In this document: piece by piece, positions 52,601-61,669 of the stretch
How positions within the stretch are numbered: the first letter of the stretch is position 1
How the letters are laid out: each line of letters opens with the position of its first letter
From: an uncultured cyanobacterium
Lineage (GTDB): Bacteria; Cyanobacteriota; Cyanobacteriia; Cyanobacteriales; Cyanobacteriaceae
NCBI GenBank assembly: GCA_963749915.1
Contig: CAVVOP010000022.1
Span: 598,681-662,680 of the forward strand
Length of the DNA: 64,000 nucleotides
Reading direction: 5' to 3'
Made by a program: the position numbers and the translations under genes
The notes under the pieces: model-generated
Told to the model about the DNA's origin: nothing
Seen by the model: only the letters and a program-made list of their open reading frames with translations
Databases searched by the model: none

Positions 52601-53917
52601 ATGAAAAACCATCAACTTAAAATATTTTTAACCTTATTAATTAGTGTCAATTGGCTAACCGTTGGGTGTGGCATATTTGGCACAACTGAAGAAAGGACTT
52701 CCACTACCACTGAAATAGGAAGTGGTACTGCTTCTGGTGACGATACGTTAAAATTAGGGGCTTTATTCCCTATTACGGGGGATTTATCGTCTATTGGTCA
52801 AAATATGCCCATTGCCGCTCAATTAGCGGTGGACACCATTAACGCCTGTGGCGGTGTCAATGGAAAACCCGTTACTCTTGTTAAAGAAGATGATCAAACA
52901 GATCCTGTGGCGGGAACTTCTGCTATCACCAAATTAACGGAAGTTGATAGGGTAGTCGGAGTGGTGGGATCTTTTGCCAGTAGTGTTTCTACCGCGGCTT
53001 TGGATGTGGCGGTCAGAAATAAGGTAATGATGATTTCTCCGGGTAGTACAAGCCCCATTTTTACCGACAGGGCGAAAAAAGGCGAATTTAACGGATTTTG
53101 GGCACGCACGGCACCGCCTGACACCTATCAAGCACAAGCCTTAGCCGCCTTAGCTGAGAAAGAAGGGTTTAATAATGTTTCTACCGTAGTTATAAATAAC
53201 GATTATGGGGTAGCCTTTGAGCAACAATTTGTCAATGCTTTTTCCAAGGCAGGAGGCAATATTCTCGATAAAGATAAACCAGTACGCTATGACCCAAAAG
53301 CAACGACATTAGACAGTGAAGCATCGGCTGCTTTTGCCAATCAACCTGATGCAGTAGCGGCAGTTTTATATGCAGAAACGGGGAGTTTATTGTTACAAGC
53401 AGCGTTTAAACAGGGTTTAACTAAAGATGTTACCGTTTTGTTGACCGATGGGGTTTATTCTGAGGATTTCACAAAACAAGTGGGTAAAACGGCTGATGGT
53501 ACTTCAATTATAGCTGGGGCATTAGGCACAGTACCAGGGGCGGATGGTAAGGCTTTAGCTGATTTTACTGTTTTATGGAAAGAAAAAACTGGAGATAAAC
53601 CTGTTACTGCTTTTGTTCCCCATACATGGGATGCTACCATTTTATTGATGTTAGCGGCACAATCGGCCGGAAATAACTCTGGAGAAGGTATTAAGAGTAA
53701 TATTCGGGAAGTATCTGGTGGTGAAGGCACAGAAGTTACAGATCCGTGTCAGGGGATGGAACTATTACGCAAGGGTGAGAAAATTAATTATCAAGGTGCT
53801 AGTGGTAATGTTGATATTGATGAGAATGGAGATGTTATCGGGGTTTATGATGTCTGGCGAGTCAATCCCAATGGTAGTTTAGAGGTTATTGATAAAATTT
53901 CTCCTATTATTGAATAA
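52601..53917 (+). CDS. natB: Neutral amino acid ABC transporter substrate-binding lipoprotein (NatB/LivJ-like)
   Basis: Lipobox (TVGC), INACGGVNG, ISPGSTSP, ARTAPPD, NNDYG, INYQGASG. Confidence 0.85.
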   Translation: MKNHQLKIFLTLLISVNWLTVGCGIFGTTEERTSTTTEIGSGTASGDDTLKLGALFPITGDLSSIGQNMPIAAQLAVDTINACGGVNGKPVTLVKEDDQTDPVAGTSAITKLTEVDRVVGVVGSFASSVSTAALDVAVRNKVMMISPGSTSPIFTDRAKKGEFNGFWARTAPPDTYQAQALAALAEKEGFNNVSTVVINNDYGVAFEQQFVNAFSKAGGNILDKDKPVRYDPKATTLDSEASAAFANQPDAVAAVLYAETGSLLLQAAFKQGLTKDVTVLLTDGVYSEDFTKQVGKTADGTSIIAGALGTVPGADGKALADFTVLWKEKTGDKPVTAFVPHTWDATILLMLAAQSAGNNSGEGIKSNIREVSGGEGTEVTDPCQGMELLRKGEKINYQGASGNVDIDENGDVIGVYDVWRVNPNGSLEVIDKISPIIE

Positions 53918-53926
53918 CAGCTTAGT

Positions 53927-53977
53927 AATTATCAACTGTCAACTATCAACTATCAACTATCAATTATCAATTATCAA
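53927..53977. repeat. Heptamer STRR (CAACTAT/CAATTAT)n
   Basis: About 7 tandem units between natB and parA. Confidence 0.85.
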
Positions 53978-53981
53978 GATT

Positions 53982-54575
53982 ATGTTAATCGCAATTGCTT
54001 CTTTAAAAGGTGGTGTAGGAAAAACAACTACGGCTATACATTTATCAACTTATTTACAAACCGATAAAGCAACTTTATTAATAGATGCCGATCGTAATCG
54101 TTCTGCGTTAGTATGGGCTAGAGAGGACAATCTACCTTTTACCGTTGCATCCCAGGCAGGTTCAGCGGCTTTTATTCCTAGACATCAACATATTGTCACT
54201 GATATGAAAGCTGGCCCAGAAGAAGAGGATTTAGTCGATTTAGCACAAGGGAACGATCTAATTATTATTCCGACAACTCCTAATCATCTCGATTTAGATG
54301 CAACGGTTAAAGCGGTGGAAATGTTGAAAAAACATAATGTTAATAATTATAAAATTCTCTTGACAAAAGTTGATTCACGGACCACTAACAGTCGTACTGC
54401 AAAACAATTTTTAGACAGAGAAAATTTGCCCTTATTTCAAACAGAAATTCCTTTATTGATTGCCTTTGAAAGAGCATCACAAAACGGTAAAACTGTCAGA
54501 GATTATAGTGATTTTCGAGCCAAACAGGCATGGCGACAATATGAATCCGTGGGGAAAGAAATCTTAAACAACTAA
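53982..54575 (+). CDS. ParA/Soj family ATPase (short form)
   Basis: KGGVGKTT deviant Walker A, LIDAD; ATG 53982 (the ORF-track extension is translated STRR). Confidence 0.9.
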   Translation: MLIAIASLKGGVGKTTTAIHLSTYLQTDKATLLIDADRNRSALVWAREDNLPFTVASQAGSAAFIPRHQHIVTDMKAGPEEEDLVDLAQGNDLIIIPTTPNHLDLDATVKAVEMLKKHNVNNYKILLTKVDSRTTNSRTAKQFLDRENLPLFQTEIPLLIAFERASQNGKTVRDYSDFRAKQAWRQYESVGKEILNN

Positions 54576-54611
54576 TAAATAAAAATTCTATTAAATTAAA
54601 TAAATTGTCTA

Positions 54612-55964
54612 TTGATTATCGCTTATACTTATACAGACCCAATTATAGATAAAATCCCAGATGCCTTTATTTGGGGTTTTGAAGTTAGTGGCGTTTATCA
54701 AGATATAGGTAATAGAAAACAATTGGAAGAATTAATTCTCAATTGTCAACAAAATCCGCCTAATTATCTATTAATTCGCAGTTTATCAGAATTGGGAAAT
54801 AGTTTATCCCAAGTTACTCAAGCGATCGACAAAATTGAAAAATTAAATATAGAAATTATTGCCATTGAAGAAGATTATAATAGTAGTAAATTTAAGGTAA
54901 TTAAAGATAGTAAAACAAGAGAAAAATTGAGAGTAATTTGGGAAGAAATAAGCAGAAAATATCATAGTAGAAAATTACAAAAATCTCATAGCAATAATCG
55001 TTTAAACATCCTACCGCCCCCGGGAAAAGCCCCTTATGGTTATTTAAGAGGTAAGGATAGTTACGTGATAAATAGAGCCACTGCCCCTATTGTTAAAGAC
55101 TTTTTTGAGCGCTTTTTATTATATTCTTCCGTGAGGGATAGTGTGAGATATTTGGAAGAAAAATATAATAAAAAAATTGCTTTATCTACGGCCCTTCATT
55201 GGTTAAAAAATCCTGTTTATCGAGGAGATTTAGGCTATAAAAATCAAGAGATTATTGCCGATACTCACACACCCATCATTAGCCGAGAAGAAGCCGCTCA
55301 AATCGATAGAATTTTAAAAAGTCATCGCCTTGTGAAACCTAGAAGTGCCTCCGCTAATTATTCTCTGGCAGGGTTAGTCAAATGTAAAATTTGTCAGTCA
55401 TCTTTTAGGATAACGAAAGTGAATAGTAAAAAGTATCAAGAAAAATATTTATACTTAATTCCTAGTAAATGTAAGGCGAATATCCGTTGTAAGTGTCTAA
55501 AATATGAGCAAGTTTTTGAGGAAGTTATCAATAAAATTTGTATAGAATTTCCTCTACTGGCTAAAAATATTAATATCCCAGATCCTCAATTTGTCATACA
55601 AAAAATAGACCAACAAATACAACAGAAAGAAAAAATTTTACAGAAGATAAAAAAATTAATTATAGAAAATATTTTAGATGAAGAAACAGCACAAATTAGA
55701 AGTTATAAAATTAACCTAGAAATTGCTCAATTAAAACAAAAAATAGCACAATTGCCTCCCGATAATCTTGGCATTATTGCTTGTACCCTTTCTAATCCCC
55801 AATTTTGGTATGATTTATCACCAGCAGAATGTCGTTTTTATTTGCGAGAATTTGTTAAAGTGGTTGAAATTCTTCCCCTTAACAATAATGACAAATGTAG
55901 ATATAATAATTGCAAATATGAGGATATAACATTAGATTTTATTTTTTCAAATTACAACAAATAG
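54612..55964 (+). CDS. Large serine recombinase-like protein, catalytic motif degenerate
   Basis: G.APYGY, WLKNPVYRG, H.PIIS.E, LAGLVKC..C Zn ribbon, coiled coil; N-terminus AYTYTD rather than Y.R.S. Confidence 0.75.
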   Translation: MIIAYTYTDPIIDKIPDAFIWGFEVSGVYQDIGNRKQLEELILNCQQNPPNYLLIRSLSELGNSLSQVTQAIDKIEKLNIEIIAIEEDYNSSKFKVIKDSKTREKLRVIWEEISRKYHSRKLQKSHSNNRLNILPPPGKAPYGYLRGKDSYVINRATAPIVKDFFERFLLYSSVRDSVRYLEEKYNKKIALSTALHWLKNPVYRGDLGYKNQEIIADTHTPIISREEAAQIDRILKSHRLVKPRSASANYSLAGLVKCKICQSSFRITKVNSKKYQEKYLYLIPSKCKANIRCKCLKYEQVFEEVINKICIEFPLLAKNINIPDPQFVIQKIDQQIQQKEKILQKIKKLIIENILDEETAQIRSYKINLEIAQLKQKIAQLPPDNLGIIACTLSNPQFWYDLSPAECRFYLREFVKVVEILPLNNNDKCRYNNCKYEDITLDFIFSNYNK

Positions 55965-56006
55965 AGTTTATAATGTGTAATTATTCATTGTTAGTCACTA
56001 ATTTTT

Positions 56007-56438
56007 ATGCGTATTTTACATACAATGTTGCGAGTTGGCAATCTCGAAAAATCCCTTGATTTCTACTGCAATGTTTTAGGAATGAAATTATTAAGACAAA
56101 AAGAGTACCCAAACGGTAAGTTTACCCTTGCATTTGTAGGTTATGGGGATGAGGTCTCCAACACCGTTATCGAACTCACTCACAATTGGGATACCGATAA
56201 TTATGATATTGGCAACGGTTATGGCCACATTGCCTTAGGAGTTGATGATATTTACGGCACTTGCGAGCAAATTAAGGCTTTGGGTGGTAAAGTAACAAGA
56301 GAACCTGGTCCTATGAAACATGGTTCGACAGTAATTGCTTTTGTAGAAGATCCCGATGGATATAAAATTGAGTTAATTCAACTTGTTTCTCAAAGTAGTA
56401 ATAGCGAATCTCAACCACAGGAAGCTGTGACAATTTAA
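56007..56438 (+). CDS. gloA: Lactoylglutathione lyase (glyoxalase I)
   Basis: [29 protein letters not shown]. Confidence 0.97.
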   Translation: MRILHTMLRVGNLEKSLDFYCNVLGMKLLRQKEYPNGKFTLAFVGYGDEVSNTVIELTHNWDTDNYDIGNGYGHIALGVDDIYGTCEQIKALGGKVTREPGPMKHGSTVIAFVEDPDGYKIELIQLVSQSSNSESQPQEAVTI

Positions 56439-56464
56439 CTATTTACTTCACTTCATACCAGGGT

Positions 56465-57640
56465 TTAAAATTCAGAAAATAAGGCTGTTAAGATAGTATT
56501 AGAATATAAAAATCCTTGGGGATCTTTTAAACTTAGTTGATGACTATTTTCGTCAAATATTACTAAGTTATTCTGCAAAAAACTATCAAGGCAATCTAAA
56601 ATTTTACCCTCTATTTCTTGATAAAAGTTGGCCTTAAGTTTATTTAAATTGACTCCTTTCTTCAGCCGTAAACCTAACATCAAAGTTTCTAATAATTGAT
56701 CGTTTTTAGAAATAGTAGAAATATTAATATTTCCTGATTGTTGTTTATATTTTTCCACCCAGACAAAATATTCTTTTCTGGTACGGGGACGGGTAAAGCG
56801 TTTATTCTCAGTATAACTAGCTGCCCCCATCCCAAAACCATGATAGGATTCATTATGCCAATAAACTTGATTATGACGGCATTCGTAACTCTCTTTAGCA
56901 TAGTTGGAAATTTCGTAATGATTATATCCTGCCTCTGTTAATTTTTCTGAGGCTAAACAATACATTTTGGCAGTGATTTCATCGGCAGGTAAAGGATTAT
57001 CACCTTCCGCGTATTTTCTCCCAAACACAGTGACGGGTTCTAAGACCAAATCGTAACAGGAAAGGTGTTTTGGTTGCAACTCCATCGCCTTTTCTAAGGA
57101 TTCTTGCCAATCATCAAGGGATTGATGGGGTAAACCAGAGATCAAGTCTAAACTCCAATTATGGAAACCTGCCTGATGAATCCAATCTATAGATTGATTT
57201 ATGTCTGTTAATCGATGTGTTCTTCCGCAAGTTTCTAGTAATTTATCTTGAAAGGCTTGCAACCCCAAACTCACTCTATTTATGCCAAATTTTTGGTATT
57301 CTTTAAGCTTGGCTAAATCAAAGGTTGCTGGATCTATTTCTAAAGAAATTTCTGCATTATTACTAATACTAAAATGTTGATTTAAAGTGGTTAAAATTTT
57401 CTCTAATCCCTCTATAGCAAGTAAAGAGGGGGTACCACCACCAAAAAAAATTGTTTCTAATTTGCTAGTATTTTCTTGGGGAGTTGCGATGATTTCTTGA
57501 CAGAGAAAATCTACATACTCTTTTTGCCAAGGAGAATAATTGTTACCTCTATTATCACCTAAAACGGTAATAGGAAAATCACAATAAAAACATCTTCTTT
57601 TACAAAAAGGAATGTGAATATAAGCAGAGTTTATCAACAT
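56465..57640 (-). CDS. hemW: Radical SAM heme chaperone HemW (HemN-like)
   Basis: YIHIPFC.RRC.YCDF, FGGGTPS, YEISNY, HN..YW. Confidence 0.9.
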   Translation of the reverse strand: MLINSAYIHIPFCKRRCFYCDFPITVLGDNRGNNYSPWQKEYVDFLCQEIIATPQENTSKLETIFFGGGTPSLLAIEGLEKILTTLNQHFSISNNAEISLEIDPATFDLAKLKEYQKFGINRVSLGLQAFQDKLLETCGRTHRLTDINQSIDWIHQAGFHNWSLDLISGLPHQSLDDWQESLEKAMELQPKHLSCYDLVLEPVTVFGRKYAEGDNPLPADEITAKMYCLASEKLTEAGYNHYEISNYAKESYECRHNQVYWHNESYHGFGMGAASYTENKRFTRPRTRKEYFVWVEKYKQQSGNINISTISKNDQLLETLMLGLRLKKGVNLNKLKANFYQEIEGKILDCLDSFLQNNLVIFDENSHQLSLKDPQGFLYSNTILTALFSEF

Positions 57641-57783
57641 TAATAAGAAAAGAAAGAAAAAAAATAACTATAACTAACTATAAAGATTAACTAACCATAA
57701 AAAAGTTCTTATTTTCCCGTATTCACCCCTTCCGTTCACTGAATTTTATTGGGAGAACGAAAAAAACTTTAGAATTATTTATA

Positions 57784-57868
57784 TGGGGGCGGAGAGACTT
57801 GAACTCTCACGACCGATTAAGGTCAACGGATTTTAAGTCCGTAGCGTCTACCATTCCGCCACGCCCCC
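57784..57868 (-). tRNA. trnL: tRNA-Leu (TAA), no intron
   Basis: GGGGGCG...ACGGA-CT-TAA-AA-TCCGT, long variable arm, GAGAG-TTCAAGT-CTCTC, CGCCCCC-A. Confidence 0.96.
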
Positions 57869-58050
57869 GGTAAGGCAATTTGCTCACATTTATTCATTGT
57901 ATCTAGTCTTAATTTAAAATGCAAGGGAAAAAGAAAAAGTTTCTAAAAATAGCCTTAAATTCTTAATCTTAGGGGAAAGTAGTGAGGAGATTAAGATAAG
58001 TAAATAGTTTATGATTGATAGCAAATAGGATACCCTGTGGAGGGATAGAT

Positions 58051-59571
58051 ATGACAGCTAAAACCCCCTTGCGAGATGCGATCGTGATTTTGCCTGGAAT
58101 CATGGGAAGTGTTTTACAAAAAGATGGTACAGACCTTTGGAATGTTTCTGGTCAAGTAATTGGGCAGATAGTAAAAAGTTTAGGCAAGGGGTTCAAGGAC
58201 TTGAAGCTAATGGGGGATGATCCAAAAGGTGGAGATATTGGTGACGGCATTAAACCGACTGGCTTGATTCAAGATACTTATCTCGTCCCTGGATTATCTG
58301 GGTTTGGAAAAATTGTTGATGGTTACAATAGAACATCAGAAATAATTACCAAAAACTTTCAAGTTACTGAGGGGAATATCTACGATGATCCAGAGGATAA
58401 AGCAGCAAATTTTTATCATTTTCCCTACGATTGGCGGCGGGATAATCGGGCTAATGCCCATATCCTGAAAAATTTATTAACTAAAAGATTGAAACGGTGG
58501 CGTGAGTTTAGTGGCAATAAAGATGCCAAGGTAATTCTCTTGGCCCACAGTATGGGAGGTTTAATTTCTCGTTATTATTTAGAGGTATTGGGAGGATGGC
58601 AGGATTGTAAGGCATTATTTACTTTCGGGACTCCCTATCGGGGTTCCCTGAATGCCGTTAACATCCTCGCTAATGGCATGAAAAAAGGCCCTATCGATAT
58701 CGGCGAAATCTTGAAGCTTAATGAGGTCATTCCTACCCTGACTTCTATCTATCAGTTACTCCCCAGATATAAAGCCCTGAAAATTGGCAACGATTTTTAT
58801 CGCATCGCTCAATCTCCGGTCGATCTTCCTAACATCGATCGCGTTAAAGCCACAGATGCTTTGAAATTTTATGACGAAATTGATGATGCTGCCGACGCTA
58901 ACCAGGGGAATCTCATTTATCGGAAGTCTTTTGTGACTTGTCCCATCGTCGGGGTACAGCAACCGACTCTGCAATCGGCTGAACTGGTGAATGGAGTAAT
59001 TAGCGTTAGTGAAGTCCTGCCCACTTTTTTACAAGATCGTTCCCATCTGGGGGATGGAGATGGCACGGTTCCTCAAGTATCAGCTACTCCCGTGCAGATG
59101 AACGATCTGGAAATGCTTTCCACTGTCGATTATATTGCAGAGAGTCACGGAGCCTTACAAAATCAGCCCGACATTTTACTGAATTTGCTCAAAGGCATTC
59201 AAACGGCCCAAACGGCTCCTCTGGAAGATGTGCGAGGAGCTCTGGAAAGTGTCACCAGAGGAAGAAGGAGTGGCGTCAAAGGTATTGGTTTGAGTCTAGA
59301 GGATTTCTATCTCATTAATGAACCTGTCACCCTGCGAGCCAAAGTTTCGGGAGGTAGTTCTTTTAACACGCTCACGGCTCAGATTAGCTGCGTTTCCCAC
59401 GATCGCCCTGTAATTACTCGGAATTTTGTCAATGACAATGAAAACTGGGTGATGTCAACAGATAACTTGGAAGCTGGGCTATATCGAGTGAAAGTCCAAA
59501 CCGATAATACCGGCGAAGATGCCCCGAACCCCGTCCACGAACTTTTTGAAGTTGCAGATTTAGGAGAGTAA
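58051..59571 (+). CDS. Alpha/beta-hydrolase (lipase/LCAT-like) with C-terminal beta-rich domain
   Basis: LPGIMGS oxyanion strand, FPYDWR, AHSMGG nucleophile elbow, GTPYRGS, GDGTVP, late His (ESHGAL); GGAGG RBS before ATG 58051. Confidence 0.88.
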   Translation: MTAKTPLRDAIVILPGIMGSVLQKDGTDLWNVSGQVIGQIVKSLGKGFKDLKLMGDDPKGGDIGDGIKPTGLIQDTYLVPGLSGFGKIVDGYNRTSEIITKNFQVTEGNIYDDPEDKAANFYHFPYDWRRDNRANAHILKNLLTKRLKRWREFSGNKDAKVILLAHSMGGLISRYYLEVLGGWQDCKALFTFGTPYRGSLNAVNILANGMKKGPIDIGEILKLNEVIPTLTSIYQLLPRYKALKIGNDFYRIAQSPVDLPNIDRVKATDALKFYDEIDDAADANQGNLIYRKSFVTCPIVGVQQPTLQSAELVNGVISVSEVLPTFLQDRSHLGDGDGTVPQVSATPVQMNDLEMLSTVDYIAESHGALQNQPDILLNLLKGIQTAQTAPLEDVRGALESVTRGRRSGVKGIGLSLEDFYLINEPVTLRAKVSGGSSFNTLTAQISCVSHDRPVITRNFVNDNENWVMSTDNLEAGLYRVKVQTDNTGEDAPNPVHELFEVADLGE

Positions 59572-59577
59572 ACAATT

Positions 59578-61653
59578 ATGGCTGACTTCTGCGCTTTACT
59601 GATCGGTATTGATTATTACCAACCCAATCCTTACTACAAGAGCCTACAGGGGGCGGTGCGAGATATTGACAAGGTTGCAGATTATCTGGAGAAATCCCGA
59701 CAAGTACCTTCAGAAAAAATTACACGGCTGACTTCTCCTTTGCCGGATACTAATTCTCTGGCAGATGTCAGGGCGGCACGTCAGGAAATGCCCCCAACCT
59801 ATGAAAATATTGTCAAGGCTTTTAACCGCATCACCGAAACTGCCCAAGCCCAGGATCTAGTTTACATTCACTATTCTGGTCACGGTGGGCGGGCAAAAAC
59901 AGCTTACCCCGACTTGAAAGGAGAGGGACAGTACGATGAGGGTTTAGTGCCGATGGATGTGGGCAATGATGGCTACTATCTGCGGGATGTGGAAATGGCT
60001 ACTCTGCTGAAACGGATGACGGATAAAGGGTTAATCGTGACGGTTATCTTTGATAGTTGTCATTCAGGGGGTGCAACGCGAGGTGATGGTGAGATTCGGG
60101 GTTCGAGAAATGGAGAACCAGATACCAAGGACAGACCTGCTGATAGTGCCGTAGCGACCAGGGAGGAATTAGTTCAAAATTGGTTAAATTTAACCCAAGG
60201 AGACCAAAAAGAAGGCTGGTTGCCGAATCAAAGGGACTATGTTTTCTTAGGTGCTTGCCGTCCTACGGAGTTGGCCTATGAAGCAGCCTTTGATAGCAAA
60301 GATCGCAATGGAGCATTAACTTATTGGATGATTGATACCCTTGTTAATAGCAAGTCTGCATTAACTTACCAGTCTCTCTACAATCGCGTCAAAGGGATGA
60401 TTCAAAGTAAATTCCCCAATCAATTACCGATGTTGTTAGGGGAAGGCGATCGCTTGGTATTTGGGGATAAACAACAATATAAACCTTATACCCTGGTCGT
60501 TATTGACGTAACTGAAGACCAAAAAGAGATTACATTAGATGCCGGAATGGCGGCTGGTTTAAGCTCTGGTACTCGTTTTGCCATTTATCCCACCGACGAT
60601 GTTTCTGATAAAACCCAACAACTGGCGATCGCCGAATTGACAGACGAGATTCAAGCGGATAAATCAACGGCTAGAATTTTAAGTCCTGATGAGGGGGGAA
60701 TTGTTGTTAAAGGCAAGATCGAACCAGGTGCTTCGGCGGTGATGGTAACCGCACCCGTTAATTTAATTAAGAAAGTTCGTTTATTCACCCAAAAGCAAGC
60801 AGGCGATCGCGAACAGGATCTACCTGTAAATTTAGTTGATAAACAAGTTGAAGCTCTAGCAAAAGTTCGCCAAGCTTTAGTAGATAATGGCTGGGTAGTG
60901 GAAGTTAAAGATGGGGAAGAAGCGCACTATCAAGTTGCGGTTGGTAAAGATGGGGAGTATGAAATCTGTATTGGAATGCCCATTAAAAACTTGCGTCCAC
61001 CCTTAAAAATTGACGATCTAGAAGCACCACAAAAAGTGGTCGATCGCTTGGTTCACTTAGGCAAATATCAAGCTGTGCAAGAGTTGGACAATCCTGCTTC
61101 CGAGTTGACTGATTATTTGGAATTTGAGTTGTGCGATAAGAATAAACAACCTTTTCCCGATCCGCAAAATGTTTCTTTAAAACCGGGAGAGGTTTCCTTT
61201 TTAAAACTTAAAAATACCTACGAGCAAACATTAAATGTAGCGGTTTTAGATTTAGAGCCAACTTGGGAAATTTCTCAGGTTCCCGTTCAAGGAAAGATAG
61301 CCTCTTTTCTGCCTTTAGATCCCGGACAAGAAGCATTTACTAAGTTACGTTTACAACTGCCTGGGGATTATCAGCAAATAATGGAAACTTTAAAAGTGTT
61401 TGCCACTAAGGGAGTAGCAAACTTTCAATGGTTACTGTTACCATCATTAGATGAACAACCAGCAACTAGGGGCGCTACTCTTAATGAGGAGTTACGAACT
61501 AGGGGGGGTAATGTCAATCCGCTTAACAATCTCTTGACGGCTATCGGGGGTGATGTCAATAATCCCCCGAAGTTAACTCGTGCTATGATTTACGAAAGCG
61601 ATCCAGAAGCGGAATGGGTCACGAAAGAAATTGTAATCACCGTTCAATCGTAG
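59578..61653 (+). CDS. Caspase-family (C14 meta/orthocaspase) protease with long C-terminal region
   Basis: ALLIGIDYY, L.GAVRD, HYSGHG (His), IFDSCHSG (Cys), AC...E.A.E, GALTY. Confidence 0.93.
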   Translation: MADFCALLIGIDYYQPNPYYKSLQGAVRDIDKVADYLEKSRQVPSEKITRLTSPLPDTNSLADVRAARQEMPPTYENIVKAFNRITETAQAQDLVYIHYSGHGGRAKTAYPDLKGEGQYDEGLVPMDVGNDGYYLRDVEMATLLKRMTDKGLIVTVIFDSCHSGGATRGDGEIRGSRNGEPDTKDRPADSAVATREELVQNWLNLTQGDQKEGWLPNQRDYVFLGACRPTELAYEAAFDSKDRNGALTYWMIDTLVNSKSALTYQSLYNRVKGMIQSKFPNQLPMLLGEGDRLVFGDKQQYKPYTLVVIDVTEDQKEITLDAGMAAGLSSGTRFAIYPTDDVSDKTQQLAIAELTDEIQADKSTARILSPDEGGIVVKGKIEPGASAVMVTAPVNLIKKVRLFTQKQAGDREQDLPVNLVDKQVEALAKVRQALVDNGWVVEVKDGEEAHYQVAVGKDGEYEICIGMPIKNLRPPLKIDDLEAPQKVVDRLVHLGKYQAVQELDNPASELTDYLEFELCDKNKQPFPDPQNVSLKPGEVSFLKLKNTYEQTLNVAVLDLEPTWEISQVPVQGKIASFLPLDPGQEAFTKLRLQLPGDYQQIMETLKVFATKGVANFQWLLLPSLDEQPATRGATLNEELRTRGGNVNPLNNLLTAIGGDVNNPPKLTRAMIYESDPEAEWVTKEIVITVQS

Positions 61654-61669
61654 AAAGGAGAATGGTTGA

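Noticed and set aside
53889..53981. N-terminal extension of the ParA ORF
   Set aside because: STRR-derived and overlaps natB; ATG 53982 gives the canonical ParA start
54612..55964. Active integrase or excisase of a mobile element (XisF-like)
   Set aside because: No catalytic Ser motif, no interrupted gene, housekeeping neighbours
57784..57868. tRNA-Leu as the integration site of the 58-64 kb locus
   Set aside because: The locus lies on the 5' side of the minus-strand tRNA; no integrase or duplicated tRNA 3' end is visible
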